The position numbers and the translations under genes were made by a program. 64,000 nt of DNA from positions 3,906,001 to 3,970,000 of the forward strand of contig NC_043001.1 in the NCBI RefSeq assembly GCF_006345805.1, given 5' to 3'. Below are positions 1-14,461 of this stretch, piece after piece. The notes beneath the pieces were generated by a model. The model did not search any database. It had not been told where the DNA came from and saw nothing but the letters and a program-made list of their open reading frames with translations. Numbering within the stretch: the first letter of the stretch is position 1; every line of letters begins with the position of its first letter. Origin of the DNA: Octopus sinensis (Eukaryota).

Positions 1-350
1 ATATATAAATTCAGATTACAAAATGGTGTTGTCATGGAAACAACTTCAATGGCAGGACGATTGCAAACATACAGAGAACTGCAAAAAACAAGCACCAAAC
101 AAACTGAATAACTAAGAAAAGAAGGAGAAACTTCCATAGTCTGTAATACCTTAAACAGTGTCTAACATGGGCTCAATAGCAAAAATAATATACAACAGAG
201 TTGTATATTAGGAGATTCCTTAGATGGAAGATATTCTTAAAGATAATCCACTCAGCAAACACTTTCAGAAAATGATTTTGATTTAAGAAAACAATTTCAT
301 TTCTGAATCACAGCGAAATAGTGAACTCTGGCATAAATAACATTCGCATT
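1..350 (+). pseudogene. Possible highly decayed Penelope-like element endonuclease-region remnant
   Basis: Broken-frame peptides SNMGSI (~161-180), LSKH (~250) and LNHSEIVNS (~303-330) occur in the order expected for the C-terminal GIY-YIG region of Penelope-clade elements. The signal is weak. Confidence 0.3.
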
Positions 351-1489
351 ATTATCATGCTTATTTTCACGACTCTAGAAATTCCTTATCTAGCAGCTTT
401 TCAGAGATTCGGCAGAATATTCAATATGATAAAAATATTTATAGATTGTGATGTAGTTTGTTCTGATAATACATCTTAGATGATATAACACAACAGTTGT
501 AGAATGGCACTAAACTTGTTACATACATCTAGCAACTTTGTTATGAGTCAAGATTTATTCTATATCCATCTGGTTTCGATTAGTTTAAAAAGAAAGTTGT
601 TATTTCCGTCTATTTTCTTACACTGACAATCATTATTGTTCTTTAAATAAATCCAGAAAGAAATAGCGCTGAAAAGTGACAGAAACTACGTGCTAAAACA
701 ATGATGAATCCAAATGATACTTTGATCGTTGATGTAAAAGATCGGAAAAGAAATAAGTAATTTGTCGCGGCTAAAAACGTTCGCCAAGAGTTAAAGGATT
801 TAACAACGGAAACAAATGCTGCAACGACTGATTAAATATAAGAGCTCGGTGGAATCCAAGTCTGAGTCTCGTAAAGTAGACTAAAATGGTAAATACGTCA
901 CAACATAAAATCAATTATCAAAGAATACAAAACACAACAATCCTCTCGTAAATAGTGGTCAAATCCTCCTGGAAACCTGGCCTCTCCCCAATTGTCCACC
1001 AAAAACATCGCCTTCATTAACAAACCACATTCACACTTCAAGAATCGAAACAAAACTGGTTTCGCAAACTTTCTCTCCCTGTGAAATTACTTTTTCCATA
1101 AGACAGAATCCAGGTTAACAGACTTTAGCAATTCTTCAATCAACGGCAGACATAACTAAAGCTTATAGATTTCACGGAAATATTGTAAACTCGTTCAAAT
1201 TTAGTGAAACTGATAAAAATTTGAAACAACTTCAAAAGCAATAAAGAAAAAATCTGGGAATCTGACTCAACTAATCAGATCCAGGGAAAAAAAAAAAACT
1301 TGCAGCTGAAATTAACTTGCAAGCAGCTGACCACTTCACAGATATGCGTAACACAGAATGTGACAAAGCTGACCCATTGAGTTAGAAATAAAACTCAGAT
1401 CTCCCTCAAATCCTCCCTAACGTCTTGCAGAAGGCAATGTACAGTGGCACAATGCTAACAATTATATTCTATCTCTGACGAAATGATGA

Positions 1490-1605
1490 AAAGTATGAAA
1501 GGCAAATTCACCTTCGTTGGAATTCGAACTTAGAATGTAAAGACAAACAGAATGCTGGTAAGTAGTTTGCTCGGTACGCTAACGACTCTGCCAGCTTGCT
1601 GCTAT
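1490..1605 (-). mobile_element. Decayed tRNA-derived SINE (family A), 5' part
   Basis: The reverse complement resembles the head and body of the copy at 12187 (gcaagctggcagagtcgttagcgtacc...ttctaagttcgaattcc...tttgcctttcat). Confidence 0.7.
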
Positions 1606-4100
1606 AACTGATGCTGCAATAATATGCTGTTAAATATATCATATTAAAAACACGGCTGAAACGCCGTTGATTATTGGTGTTCACGGCTGTGCAGCAAGAA
1701 CAACAACAACAAGGCATTGAAAGTTATCGCTATAATCATCATGGAAATGAATTATTATCATCAGCTGTAACAACAACAACAACAACAACAACCATGTCAC
1801 TTTAAAACGCAAAGTATCAAATTCATGTCAGAATCGGTTAATCTGAAGAGTATTTCTGTGCTGCAATGTGGATTATGATTTTACAAGCAATTATAGTTAA
1901 TCTCCTGAATGTATGGATTATATAAGATAAACTGTGGCATGTAGCGTTATTAAATACTTTAATCCTGGATTCTATACCTTGGATTCTGTAACATAGAAAC
2001 ATTCTGACAGGAAGCATCTCTTCTGAAATTAGCCGCAAAAATGCATACACAAAGATTTAGATTGTTAATCAGGCACATACCTTCTAACAGTTAGATCTTG
2101 AACCCGCGAACTTCCATTAGCCATATGGGAAACATTTAGAAATTCGTTAAGTATCAAAATCCCAAGACACGACATAATTTCCAGCCTATATTCTTGCCTA
2201 GCAACGTAAGGAAACATTCTAGCCACGCTCCAAATTTTAACCGCTCTTATAATCACTGCAAATTTGACACAAATTTAAACCCTTGAAAAATTCAAACTGA
2301 AAGGCAACCGCACAATCTGTTTCCCATACATGCATGCATCTCAAGATTTTACTTATTAATCGTGTATATTCCGAGCTCCGAGTCGCAACACCGACTCACG
2401 CCATCGCAATATTCACATAAGGTATCGTATTTGTCTAGCACGCAGCTATATTACATCATCATGACTTAGAGGATTATCCTCATAACCTCTCTCGATATCT
2501 ACGTTATGCGGATTATTAACTGAAGAGACACGACAAAATGCTAGTAAAAAATATCCAGTTTTTCACGCCTGAACTCTATAGAATTTAGTACCACGAAGAT
2601 CTGTCCTTTCATCGACTGTTTTAGGTCACACACAATTATACTAATTTCGAACTTCTTCACAAAACATACATTGTTTTACAAGCCGATGACACCTCAGTCA
2701 CATTTGCATTATTTCAATTTTCTTCAAACGTTGCAACCCCGAACTGATTGCTACGTCGATCCCTGACTTCAAATCAACGTTTCAAAATACCTCATTTCAA
2801 ACCAAGCATCATCCTTCTTACCAACAACACCATTTAATGTGGGAGACAACCAACCTTCACACACATCACCGTAAGACAAAACCGCATGTAACTGAATGCA
2901 ATATCACCTCAATATACGAGAAGCACAAATTCTAACACTTAGCATCCCTTTTCTTCATACATTAATCTTAAACACATCTACATTTCCTTACAAAAACTAT
3001 ACAAACCTAAGTAGTATCAATATCATACATTTCCATTAACCCTGCACTAGAATGCCAAAGTGAAGAAAGCCGACTACTGTCGCATTTTGCTTTAATATAC
3101 TTCGACCATCTCCGGAAATGGCAGAAGTTCAGAAATGGACGAGAGACTATTAAACATGCAGCTCGCTTACGCTGTCACTTCGCTCTTAAATACAATTAAC
3201 AATTGTAGTTCAGAATGTGTTGAGGTAAGCATAGAATAAAAGTAGATGTGTTCAGCTACGATTATAGTCATTAGGTCGGATGTGTATGATATCAGGTGCA
3301 ACACAACAACGATTAACAAAGTAATTACCACTATTCTATACAAATTATTTTCAGACAAGCTTGTTTAAGTTTTAATTAACAAATAGCGTATATAATTTCC
3401 TCTTCTATCTGAACACGAATTAAAAGTTAAAGTGGAATTTTCCAGAAAGTTAAGCGGTGAATAGGTAGAGCAGTTAAAGCGTTTGACAAAATGTTTCACG
3501 ATATTTGCTTCGATTCTTTGCAGTCTGCGATCAAATACCACTGAGGTCAAACCACCCACATTTTAGGGGCTCAATTAACAAGGAATAAATCAGGACGGCG
3601 TATTAGGAGAAATCAAAGAAAATCGAACTCCATGTCTTTCGAAATTCATTTCGGTTCTTTCAGATGTGAGTTCATATGCCGCCATGGCCTACAGAACGGT
3701 GGGGTACACATGATATATCACCCCATTTAACATTACCACCATCAACCTTGAGCATATTTAGTTGTATCGATTCTGTTGTGTAAAATATTTGTAATTACTT
3801 TGCTAATCGTTGTTATGTCGTACCTGACGACTATAGCCGCGGCTGAATCGATCTCCTTTTATTCTATGTTTACCTCTTCAGTTTCAGGACAGGTCACTTC
3901 TTTGATATTTACCTGCTCCTTTCATCTCTCCCTCTCTATTAGATCTTAGAAAGAACTATGATTCACTGACCTCCATATATATTTATGCTGGATAAGAATG
4001 ACTGCAGAAATATATTTTCATTCGCAGAAACATTTTCAGATTGCGAAATGTTTAAACGTTTAAATTGTGGAATGTTATAAAACGTTTCGTACTGGTTCTC

Positions 4101-4136
4101 GTTGTCGTTGTTGTTGTTGTTGTTCTTCCTCTTTTT

Positions 4137-4201
<65 letters not shown>
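4101..4201. repeat. (GTT)n + (ACT)n microsatellite
   Basis: Seen directly; explains the poly-V/L/S/T ORFs. Confidence 0.95.
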
Positions 4202-4202
<1 letters not shown>

Positions 4203-5979
4203 AGTGAAATAGTGGTCGGTTTGTTACCCCTCATGCAACTATTTCCACCATTTCATAAAAGTTTTCTTCGTGTCTTTCTATATCTAGCGTCAATTCCCTT
4301 CTCCATATCCTTCAATCCCTAATCGTTAATACAGCGACCCGAAGAAGGACAAACATCCTAAATATTTATTTCATTTCTTTATTTCGACTTAAACGTCCAA
4401 ACATGTTTGAGCCATTCGCGTTCGCCCTCTGTCGACGCAACACATCATGAATTCTTCAGGTGGAGACTATTGATTTACCATTTCTTTTGTTTATCAGATC
4501 CCGAAGAAGAGAAGAAGTGTCGGTATTTCCGATCTCTACCGACCTTCACAATCTGGTGAATTTGCTATGATTGAAGTCTAACCATAATATTCTCCGGTGT
4601 GTATCAGAAGTAAAACATGGAGCATTAACCGATAACTCACCCACATGCTAGCGATGCGGTCCATCCAATATTGGTCCTCACAGACGCCAACTTATTGGTG
4701 TACTAAGCAGCGTTTTAAATAAATTTTACAAAAGTACATAATTCTAATTAGTTTCTAACAAACAAAGCTTCTTGACTTGAATCCGAATGTCTCTGTAACC
4801 AATACTGATCATGGTTGATTACCATCAAGTGAAGAATGTAGGAGATATCGGCTACGGTGGAGGAGAATATAAACAAATTCGCTGCTAGTAAACTAATACC
4901 ATCTAACAATCTTCTTTCTTTACAAAACTAAGCTTCGTATGCTTATTGAGAGTTGTGACCGACTCGTATTCTAATCACGACTGAGAAAAGCTGAAGTTAT
5001 CCATTTAATTTTCACTTGCCCTCTTACTAGGAGATTCTGATACTTTCATTGTAATAAAATAAAATCCGAACACAAGGTTACGGGGAAAATAATAATATCG
5101 TTGAACGTGTATCTATAGAGCCATAAAAGCGGAAAATTTCTATACTTTTCCATAATTCTTTCCATGGAGATAGATCGATTCTAATCATTGACTTGTCTAT
5201 TGTTTTCATGCCACTTACACCAGTTGCTTAGCGATGGTTCTTGTATGTCTTGACTGCTTAGAGAAAGACAGGGCTGTTCCACTTTTACGGCTCTGTAGTT
5301 ACACGCTTAATAACATTATTTTCACCCATACACTTGAGTTTGGCTTTTATTTTATTAATATCTAGATAAGACCAGCGGAGGAAGGAGTGTGACCACGACC
5401 TTTTAAATAACTCTCAATAGTGAAATAGATGCTGTTGCTGATCGGCTCAAACATCTGTTGATAGACATCAGCAGAAGAAAATAAAACATCACAGAGCGTT
5501 GCTGTTCTACAGTTTCTCATAATCAAATTTACAGTTCGAGATCTCCGATGTTGTATATTTATTCATTTTTACAGTATTCTCTCGAAACGCATTTTGACAT
5601 AATTCTTTCTGGATGGAAGAGCGTTAGAAGGCGAACATGAAGTAAGTGCTTTTTTTTAAAAGGAAGAGATATAGAAAGTCTTCCAAATAACCGCAAAATA
5701 CTTATCTTGTCTTATCAGTTTTGTAATATACTTATTTTAAAAAATATATAAATATATAGCCTGCGTGGATGTAACGAAGGTTGCATAAGAAGAGGATTAA
5801 AATTGTCACTTTAATATTATTATTACCGTTTTATAGCAGGTTTAACGGACAACCTATGGTAACACATGATGCTGAGTCATGCCTTGAATATTTCTCGTGT
5901 GTTACACTTCTCTTTAAAGTTAGGCAGAAATGATAGCAAACCATAATTCATATTGTATACGGAAAGCAATAATTATTCC

Positions 5980-6305
5980 TTCTGTTATAAGTACAAGGCC
6001 AAGGCCTGACATTTCAGGGAAGAGATCTGGTCAAGAGCATTTAACCCAGTGCTCAAATAGGGCTTACTTTGTCCACCCTGAAAGGATCAACAACCAATTC
6101 CACCATGGCGGCGTTTGAAGTAAAGATGGATAAAATGCAGCTCCAGCATTATACAATTATTTCTACTTGAAGCACGTTGCCATACTTATTTCGTCGAACC
6201 TCAAAGCAAGAAAGGCACAGTCAACGTAGGAGAAATTTGAACTCAGAAAACTGACGAAATACCCCTATAAACATTCTGCCCGGCATGTTAACGATTCTGC
6301 CAGAT
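5980..6305 (-). mobile_element. Decayed family A SINE copies (tail-B type)
   Basis: Contains ccctgaaaggat, aaaggcacagtcaac, atttgaactcagaa and acgattctgccag, which are reverse-complement matches to the family A body and head. Confidence 0.6.
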
Positions 6306-6309
6306 CGGT

Positions 6310-6762
6310 TCTACAGCAAATATTCTACTCAATACCACAGAATTACTTGTCAATCGTTCGATCATAACCAATTGAGCATGTCCCTTAGTGGCTAATGGTA
6401 TGTGCATCTCTAATCAGGAGCAGAAGTACGGGGGTAGCATCATAGCCATGTGTTGAAAGGGATTATGTAGGGTTTGGATAATTCACCTTTGTAAACATGG
6501 CTGTTTCGTTCACCATCCTTAAACAACCATTATTTAGGGACCTTTTGAGCGGGATGGCTACCCGACCTGAAAATTCTAACTGGGCCCCACCAGCAGGGTC
6601 ATGAACTGTTTATCTCGATATCATATCACCGTGTCGTGCACATATGGTTGTGATGTATGTGCCTGGTGTATCCTTATCGGACAGGCAAGTCCTGTTGTGT
6701 ATATTGTGTTTTGTATATTTGTATCCTAGTGTCACTTTATGGCCTGAACTGCTCTCTCACTC
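6310..6762 (+). mobile_element. Non-coding interspersed repeat ending in (AAT)n (family C), 5'-truncated
   Basis: Reverse-complement match over ~450 bp to 16695-17150; ends ctgctctctcactc followed by aataatgataat. Confidence 0.85.
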
Positions 6763-6805
6763 AATAATGATAATGATAATAACAACAACAATAATAATAA
6801 TATAT

Positions 6806-7160
6806 ATTTCTTTACTACCCACAAGGGGCTAAACATAGAGGGGACAAACAAGGACAGACAAACGGATTAAGTCGATTACATCCACCCCAGTGCGAAACTG
6901 GTACTTTATTTATCGACCCCGAAAGGATGAAAGGCAAAGCCGACCTCGGCGGAATTTGAACTCAGAACGTAACGACAGACGAAATTGACATTTTGGCGGG
7001 GAGAGGACTAGTCGATTACATCGACCCCAGTGCATAACAGGTAATTAATTTAACGAGCCCGAAAGGATGAAGGACAAAATCAATCCTGGTGATATTTGAA
7101 CTTAGAACGTAGAGACAGCCGGAATACCTCTAAGCATTTCGCCAGGCGTGCTATCATTTC
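6806..7160 (-). mobile_element. Family A tRNA-SINE, tandem partial dimer
   Basis: Two successive body copies (cccgaaaggatgaa, atttgaact[c/t]agaacgta); tail A at 6806-6870 and a partial tail B at ~6988-7015. Confidence 0.9.
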
Positions 7161-7177
7161 TACTAGATCTCCACATC

Positions 7178-7236
<59 letters not shown>

Positions 7237-7292
7237 CAACAACAACAACGACGACGATGACGATGACGATGATGATGTTGATGATGATGATG
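7178..7292. repeat. Compound (AAT)n-(AAC)n-(GAY)n microsatellite
   Basis: Seen directly. Confidence 0.95.
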
Positions 7293-7484
7293 CTGATCCG
7301 TTAGAAGAATCATGCTCTATGACAGTCGTAATTATTGTGTCGTAATAAATGTAATAAATTTGAAATTACATCACCAATTTTTAATCTTTATTGATTTCTT
7401 CAGAAGAGTTTACAGAGATCATGTTTCAGATCACATTTTATTTTCTTTCTTCGTAGCATCTTTTGCTATCTTACTTTCTTTCAA

Positions 7485-7528
<44 letters not shown>

Positions 7529-8207
7529 TTCTCTGTCTTTCTTTCACTCTCGCCCTCCCTCTCTCGCGCTCTCTCTCTTTCTCTCTCTCACTCGCAACCT
7601 TGTTTGATAAACCTCCAGATTTAAAAATGAAGAATTCTTTTCAGTTAAGAAGAAACAAATTAATTAAAAAAATAAGATTACCATCAAGAATTAAAATTTA
7701 ATATAACACCGACGAGATAAATTAAAATTGAAATAAAGATATATATATAATTTGACTTTTATTATTGTAACTCTTGCTACAAAAAACAAATAAGAATTCA
7801 TTAAACACTATTCTACAACTGGAATACAATTTTCATAAATATTATTGATACAAAGTAAACAGTAAATCAATTCTCCGGTACTTAGTAAAAATGGATTGGC
7901 CAATGTTAAAGTAAAGGCTTCCTAGTTCAAATCCGTTGTCAATAGTTGTACCGTGGATCCATTCATTTGGAACACTAATCACAGCTTGGTCGAAATTAAA
8001 AGCAATAACCAGATAAACAACATCAGGAACTGTGTCTATGTCTCGTTAATAGTAGCGAACACTGACCGTTGCAGCAAACAAAACCAAGAGTGGCTCAAAC
8101 TGAAAACATCATCCCATTGACATTTGTTTCAAGTAGCACTAAGAATATTCCTCTTCTACTAAAACAGTCGCTCCTATCCATTTGTATGTCCCAAAATCTT
8201 ATGTAAT

Positions 8208-8321
8208 CCTTTCTGTTATAGGCACAAGGCCTGAGGTTTCCCAGGAGGGGACTAGTCGATTACATTGACCACAGAATTTCACTGGTACTTAACTTATCGA
8301 CCCCGAAAAGATGAAAGGCAA
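8208..8321 (-). mobile_element. Family A SINE 3' fragment (tail B)
   Basis: cctttctgttataggcacaaggcctga...gactagtcgattacat...atcgaccccgaaaagatgaaaggcaa. Confidence 0.8.
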
Positions 8322-8370
8322 TGAACCACTAATAAGCTGCTTGTATCCCATTTGAAGATGAACAAGTCTA

Positions 8371-8584
8371 TCGTAATCCCTCGGATATCGCGGTTCACCT
8401 GTTGTAGTTTAATATTTAAGCTTACGTCGATTCCTCCATGGTATTGTTTTGCATTTATAATAAAATAAATATATATAAAATTTAAATATAATAAAAAATA
8501 TACAGTACAGTTTCTACTTCGCGGATTTCCACCTGAACGCAGAGGGTTTGGAACGTAACACCCGCGATAGTCAAGCGATTACTG
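8371..8584. mobile_element. Tigger/pogo-like MITE
   Basis: Imperfect ~24 bp TIRs (TA|tcgtaatccctcggatatcgcgg ... cccgcgatagtcaagcgattactg|TA); the right end reads CAGT on the minus strand; flanked by TA. Confidence 0.7.
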
Positions 8585-9629
8585 TAGTTTCAAATAAGAA
8601 AGATTATTTTAAAATTTATAGAGTACTGTAAATGAAAGACAGAATTTGAACAATGAACTTTTCAGTTAGAGAATCAAATGCAAATATAAGGTGATCAATG
8701 TTGTGAAACATTTCTAGACAGTGATTCCAATCATAATCGTGAAGCTAAAAAAAGAACATTAAATATACATAAATGTTCATAAATTTACATTACATGTTTT
8801 GCTCCAGTATGGCCGCAGTCAAGTTGTAGTTGACTGAAACAAATGACGGAATAAGGGAATATGTAATGTAAAAAAGAAGTAGTTTTCATAATGCATATAC
8901 TTCATTTCTTTGAGACAACTACCGAAGGACCATTCCTCATTCGATAGAAGGTGGTACTCTTATTTCGGAAACCTTGGTATAGGACAAAATTCGTGATATT
9001 TATATACCAAATACCTAAACTAGTCAAGCTGAAATTGTTGATTTTAATTTAAATACTTGCCTATTTTCACTCTCATATATTTAATGCATTTATATTTCCG
9101 AGATACTGACTGATTCTTGCATATGATAACTATAAAAAGTATTTTTCTTACCCCACAAATGCTATGAATTTATCGTTCTGAAAATTGTGTTTGATATTCT
9201 TTAACCTTACATCAACCGAGACAGACGAATACATATCACAATACACGTCCCATACGTCACATTTCAATCACAGTTCAGGCATAGAATATCTACGTAAACA
9301 TCCATCGAAAATACCATTCTGCTTTAAGAAAATTAGAGTGGGATTTTCTGGAAGTTTAGTTGATATTTTTTTAGTATGGTGTATCACCGTGAACATTACA
9401 TTTCGATGGATTGAAAAAAAAAGAACAAAAATTACTCACGGTTGCCGGATTTAAACGTAATGCACGAACCAAGTTAACAATTAAGTCCTTGTGATTCATT
9501 TTAGTATAGTTGCAGGTTGAGAAAACATGGCACCTGTATATTTATATCTTAATGAACAAGATGATATCGGCCTCTTACAGTTAGTGTCACCATTTCTCTC
9601 TCTACACTTCTCTTTCTCTGCTTGCGCAA

Positions 9630-9932
<303 letters not shown>

Positions 9933-11143
9933 TTTCACGCCTTTTGTTCTTAGGTTGTTTCGCAACTTTTCAATTGTCTTCTCAATTGTCTCATCTCTGA
10001 ACACGTTCCAATCACTATCAATGGATAGCTTGAAGCAAACCAGCGACAACACTCTGACACACTGCAAACTTTCTCGTCTAGTTTGATGCTTAAAAGTAAA
10101 TGATGTAACTTTGCAAGTAATTTACTTCGTATTATTCCGTATTACTCCGTATTGCTTCGTATTCACCAATTATTTCCCATTGTTTTGTCAATTTAATATG
10201 TTATTGTTATCTTCCTTTCAGTTCATCACGGAACGTTCCGCTAATAATAGTCATTATTGTGATTAATATTATGTATAATAATTTCTTTTCATTTAAAACT
10301 TGAGTAGGTTCATAGAACGGGGTGGGGGTGGGGGATAGTGGAAGAGAGTAAATTAGATTCAAGTGACACAATATATTACTGGTGGGAATATTCGGGAGTA
10401 TTCAGAGAAAGACAATGGCACCTCCCCTGGGGTAAGAAAAACACGTTGAACCCAAAATATATTAACGGACGATTTCGTGACGCTAGTGCTATGGAAATAA
10501 ATACACGTACATAAAAAGGAACACATACATACAAACATATATACATACGTAACTACATATATAAATACATAAATACATACATATACGCATGTATAACTGA
10601 AACTATTCGACATTAGTGTAGCTGGCATTGGTACACATGCGGCAAACTGGCAGACTCGATAAAGTGTTGGATGAAACATCATTCAATATTCAATCCGACT
10701 CTGTGCCGTTTCGGTTCTAATCCCGCCTAAGTGGGCTTTGCCATTCATGGTTTCGGAGATGACCAAATGTACTGCTAACAAGATTCTAGTGGTTCCTCTA
10801 CTAACAACAACAATAACTTCATAATGATGAGGAAGGCGACGGCGACGATGATGATGGAGATGATAAAGATGACGACGACGACGACGACGAATAGGAGTAC
10901 GACGTTGAAGACAGATTCTCCGACAATTTCGTAGACGTGTATTGGGGTCTTCGCTCAACTGATTTACCTATGCGGTGAAATATGGTGTGGGGTGACTGAG
11001 TATCCCGTAGACATGAGAAAACTTAATCTATTCTGAAAGAGAGTCAGTGTTATGTCGCATTCGACAAAGCTGAACTTTTGAATCCCTGGGTCATTTCTAT
11101 GGACCGCCTCCCAAGTATTTTCAACCTGTTCCTTTACATTATC

Positions 11144-11363
11144 TATTTCTTTACTCCCCACAAGGGGCTAAACACAGACAGGACAAACAAGGACAGACAA
11201 ACGGATTAAGTCGATTAAATCGACCCCAGTGCGTAACTGGTACTTATTTAATCGACCCCGAAAGGATGAAAGGCAAAGTCGACCTCGGGGGAATTTGAAC
11301 TCAGAACGTAATACCGCTAAGTATCTCGCCCGGTGGGCTAACATTTCAGCCAGCTCGCCGCCT
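11144..11363 (-). mobile_element. Family A tRNA-SINE, near full length (tail A)
   Basis: The minus strand reads aggcggcgagctggctgaaatgttagc...ctgagttcaaattcc (B box)...gcctttcatcctttcggggtcgatt...tttagccccttgtggg. Confidence 0.9.
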
Positions 11364-12186
11364 TTGTTCCATTACATTATCAAAGCTTACAGTGTTATGA
11401 AACTATGGTAAAATGACACTTGCTAAAGATACCAGGCGGTGGGATCGAACGAAGAACAACGTGTTGCGCGAATCACACTTATTAAAGATTCGCTCTTCCT
11501 GTATCCATAACAACAATAACAAGACTAAAGAATGTAACCCATCGACTGAAGCATAGAACGAAAAAGAGTACAAAGCTAATCTTTTAAAAGGCAGAATAAA
11601 AAGGAACGGAAAATATGAAACAGTGTATTTCAGAAAATTATGCAAGGCAGAAAGCAAGGAAAAACCCTTTGATGATTAATACTGTGCCAGAGTAGGAAAA
11701 TAACAACAGAACATCATGAATCACAAAACTAGCTTCAAAACCTCCATGTTTAAAAGCTGAGATTGAAGTCCGTTAGATCGCAGTACAAATCAGTGTTTAT
11801 TCTCTAAAAGCTATATGAAAATTGATAAAAGGCGATCGCATACGATCTCATATGATTATATATTATAACATGATCAGGTGGAAAATATTGCATCACGTAG
11901 ATATGCTCTACACTGCGTTGGTAAACAACGGCGCTAACACAGTCAAAGCAGTGGACAGATATTTAAAGGTAAACTATGCAAAATCTTTATACTGGTACCA
12001 GTAACAAGTGGAACGAGCACAAAGCTGGGTTGGCCCTATCTGGAGTGGGTCTACGTGTGTTTGCTATTCATGCTAGCAATAGCAGTAACGTCTCCTACAA
12101 GTCACACTTTAAAAGTCACGCCCTTTAAAATAAATGATATTTTGAAGGGTGGGGTCTTAATGATGGTTAATCAGAAGGGATAGTTA

Positions 12187-12605
12187 AAGCGGCGAGGAGC
12201 TGGCAGAAAGGTTAGCACGCCGGCCGAAATGCTTAGCGGTATTTCGTCTGCGGCTGCGTTCTGAGTTCAAACTTCACCGAGGTCGACTTTGCCTTTCATC
12301 TTTTCGGGGTCGATAAATTAAGTACCAGTCTCGCACTGGGATCGATGTAATCGACTTAATCCGTGTGTCTGTCCTTGTTTGTTCACTCTGTGTTTAGCCC
12401 CTTGTGGGTAGTAAAGAAATAGGTATTTCGTCTGCCGTTACGTTCTGAGTTCAAATTCCTCCGAGGTCGACTTTGCCTTTCATCCCTTCGGGGTCGATAT
12501 ATAAAGTACCAGTTACGCACTGGGGTCGATGTAATCGGCTTAATCCGTTTGTCTGTCCTTGTTAATCCCCTCTGTGTTTAGCCCCTTGTGGGTAGTAAAG
12601 AAATA
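12187..12605 (+). mobile_element. Family A tRNA-SINE with tandem duplication of body and tail
   Basis: Head gagctggcagaaaggttagc, B box gagttcaaa, central gcctttcatcttttcggggtcgataaattaagtaccag, tail to gtagtaaagaaata (12421); the body restarts at ggtatttcgtctg and runs to 12605. Confidence 0.92.
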
Positions 12606-13636
12606 AGTTAAGTAGAAGCGATGATCACTGCCAGAATGTCCTTTACTCATGCATCGTTTTATTTAGATTCGATCTGGAAATAAAAGACAAGAATAGGAAC
12701 AATACAAGATGGCCACTATAGCCTGCAAAACCAGTTGCATTTTGCGGCAGCAGTAGGAAGGCCAGCAGCTTACAAAGTGTTGTGTATGGCAACTCTTAGA
12801 AGATACTTATCTGGAATTAGTGTGAGAAAAGTAAAAGCGAACCATTTGGGTATTAAAACGGTTTCTCAAAAGATTTTGCTCAAAAGTTATAAAGACCGAC
12901 TGTAAATGTCAAACTTTTAAATTCTATGCAAACATTTCTTGAGATCCTAGGAAATTCACGGATCCGATAGCATCTTTGGTAGGCTTCCAACTGTCTATGA
13001 CAGACTCTAAATATTAAATATTTCGGAGATACGCTATTGATATTAAGTTTAAAATATTTAATATATCTTTCATCTCTATCTGCAATACATCACTTAACGG
13101 AATTCTTAAATCAATTCTATCTCTTGTGAAAATATTCTATCATATTCTTGGCTATTTACGTTATTCACGGATGAATTTCGGACCAGAATTTATTGTATCA
13201 AAATGGCGTTTAGTTTCGAGCATAATTAGATATAAAGTAACTGAGGCGAACGGAAACAGAACTAACTCAAAATAAAGTATAAATGTAAATGTATTCCTAA
13301 GTATTCAATAAGACTGAGGGGGAAATGCCCCGATGTGGGCAGAACATGCTAAATAGAAATATATGGGAAGTTTTAATCGCAGTATTATAATGAAAAAGAG
13401 AGATTTAAAAAAAAATGTCTAAGCAAAGAGTAAATAAAACAACCTCGTAAGATGCTTTTTATCTGAACGCAAATAAAGGCAAAAGATGCAATTTTATTTG
13501 GTTAACTATATGGAAGATACAGAAGATTCTGTATTAAAAAGCATCCACTCTTTACTGATAACTCACAAAAACATCCTGACGTCTTATTAAGACTTCTCAA
13601 GAGAATATTTAACTTGTCACAACTATTGTTGATCGT

Positions 13637-13674
<38 letters not shown>

Positions 13675-13751
13675 CACATATATATATATATACATACATA
13701 TATACATAAGGGTTAAAAAATCTAAGGAATATGGGTGTTACATAAATATTA

Positions 13752-13857
13752 TTTTAAGGATTAAATAAAAAGACAAGAAACGGAAAATTTGACATACATA
13801 TTTATATATAGGTATGTCAAATTTTCTGTTTGTCGTCTTTTTATTCAATCCTTAAAA
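13752..13857. repeat. Near-perfect ~105 bp palindrome centred on a short TA run
   Basis: ttttaaggattaaataaaaagac...aaaatttgacatac | atatttatatatag | gtatgtcaaatttt...gtctttttattcaatccttaaaa. Confidence 0.9.
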
Positions 13858-14423
13858 AGAAATGTATATATTTGGGTATATATATACATATATAGGAATA
13901 AAAATATATATTAAGAAACAAGAACGTGAGATACACAAAGGGACGAACACAGAAAACAGACGGGTCATTCGAAGCCTTTAATCTTCAGTCAGAAACCGGA
14001 TCATCATAGCAAATTTCGGCTGAATAATTCTGATATTTGCTCCAACGCGGCCAGCCCCAAGGAAAAACTAAGCTGTGAGCATTAGATTTCTTGGAAAAAG
14101 GAACGAATGTAAACGCCACAGGGACGAATATAAATACAAAAAACGAAAATATATATGTATATATATATATACATATATATATGAGAGATGTCCAGAAGAC
14201 GCAAGATGACATGTGAGGCTATGTAGGTGCTACAGGAGGATCGTAGTTAGACTTTCAGTTCAATAATAATACGACTGAGGAATCTTACGAGTGTCTTGTG
14301 TGAGCATGTATATGTTAAATGAAATAAGACGACCAAACGAATGCTGAGTTGAAGTTATTTGACATTGATAAAGATGGCGTATAAAATCCACACACCCTTG
14401 TTTTTGATGTCTTATTTCATTTA

Positions 14424-14461
<38 letters not shown>

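Noticed and set aside
2050-3050. Possible decayed ORF1/gag-like sequence with a knuckle remnant near 2600-2640
   Set aside because: Recovering a CCHC motif needs several corrections; not supportable by eye.
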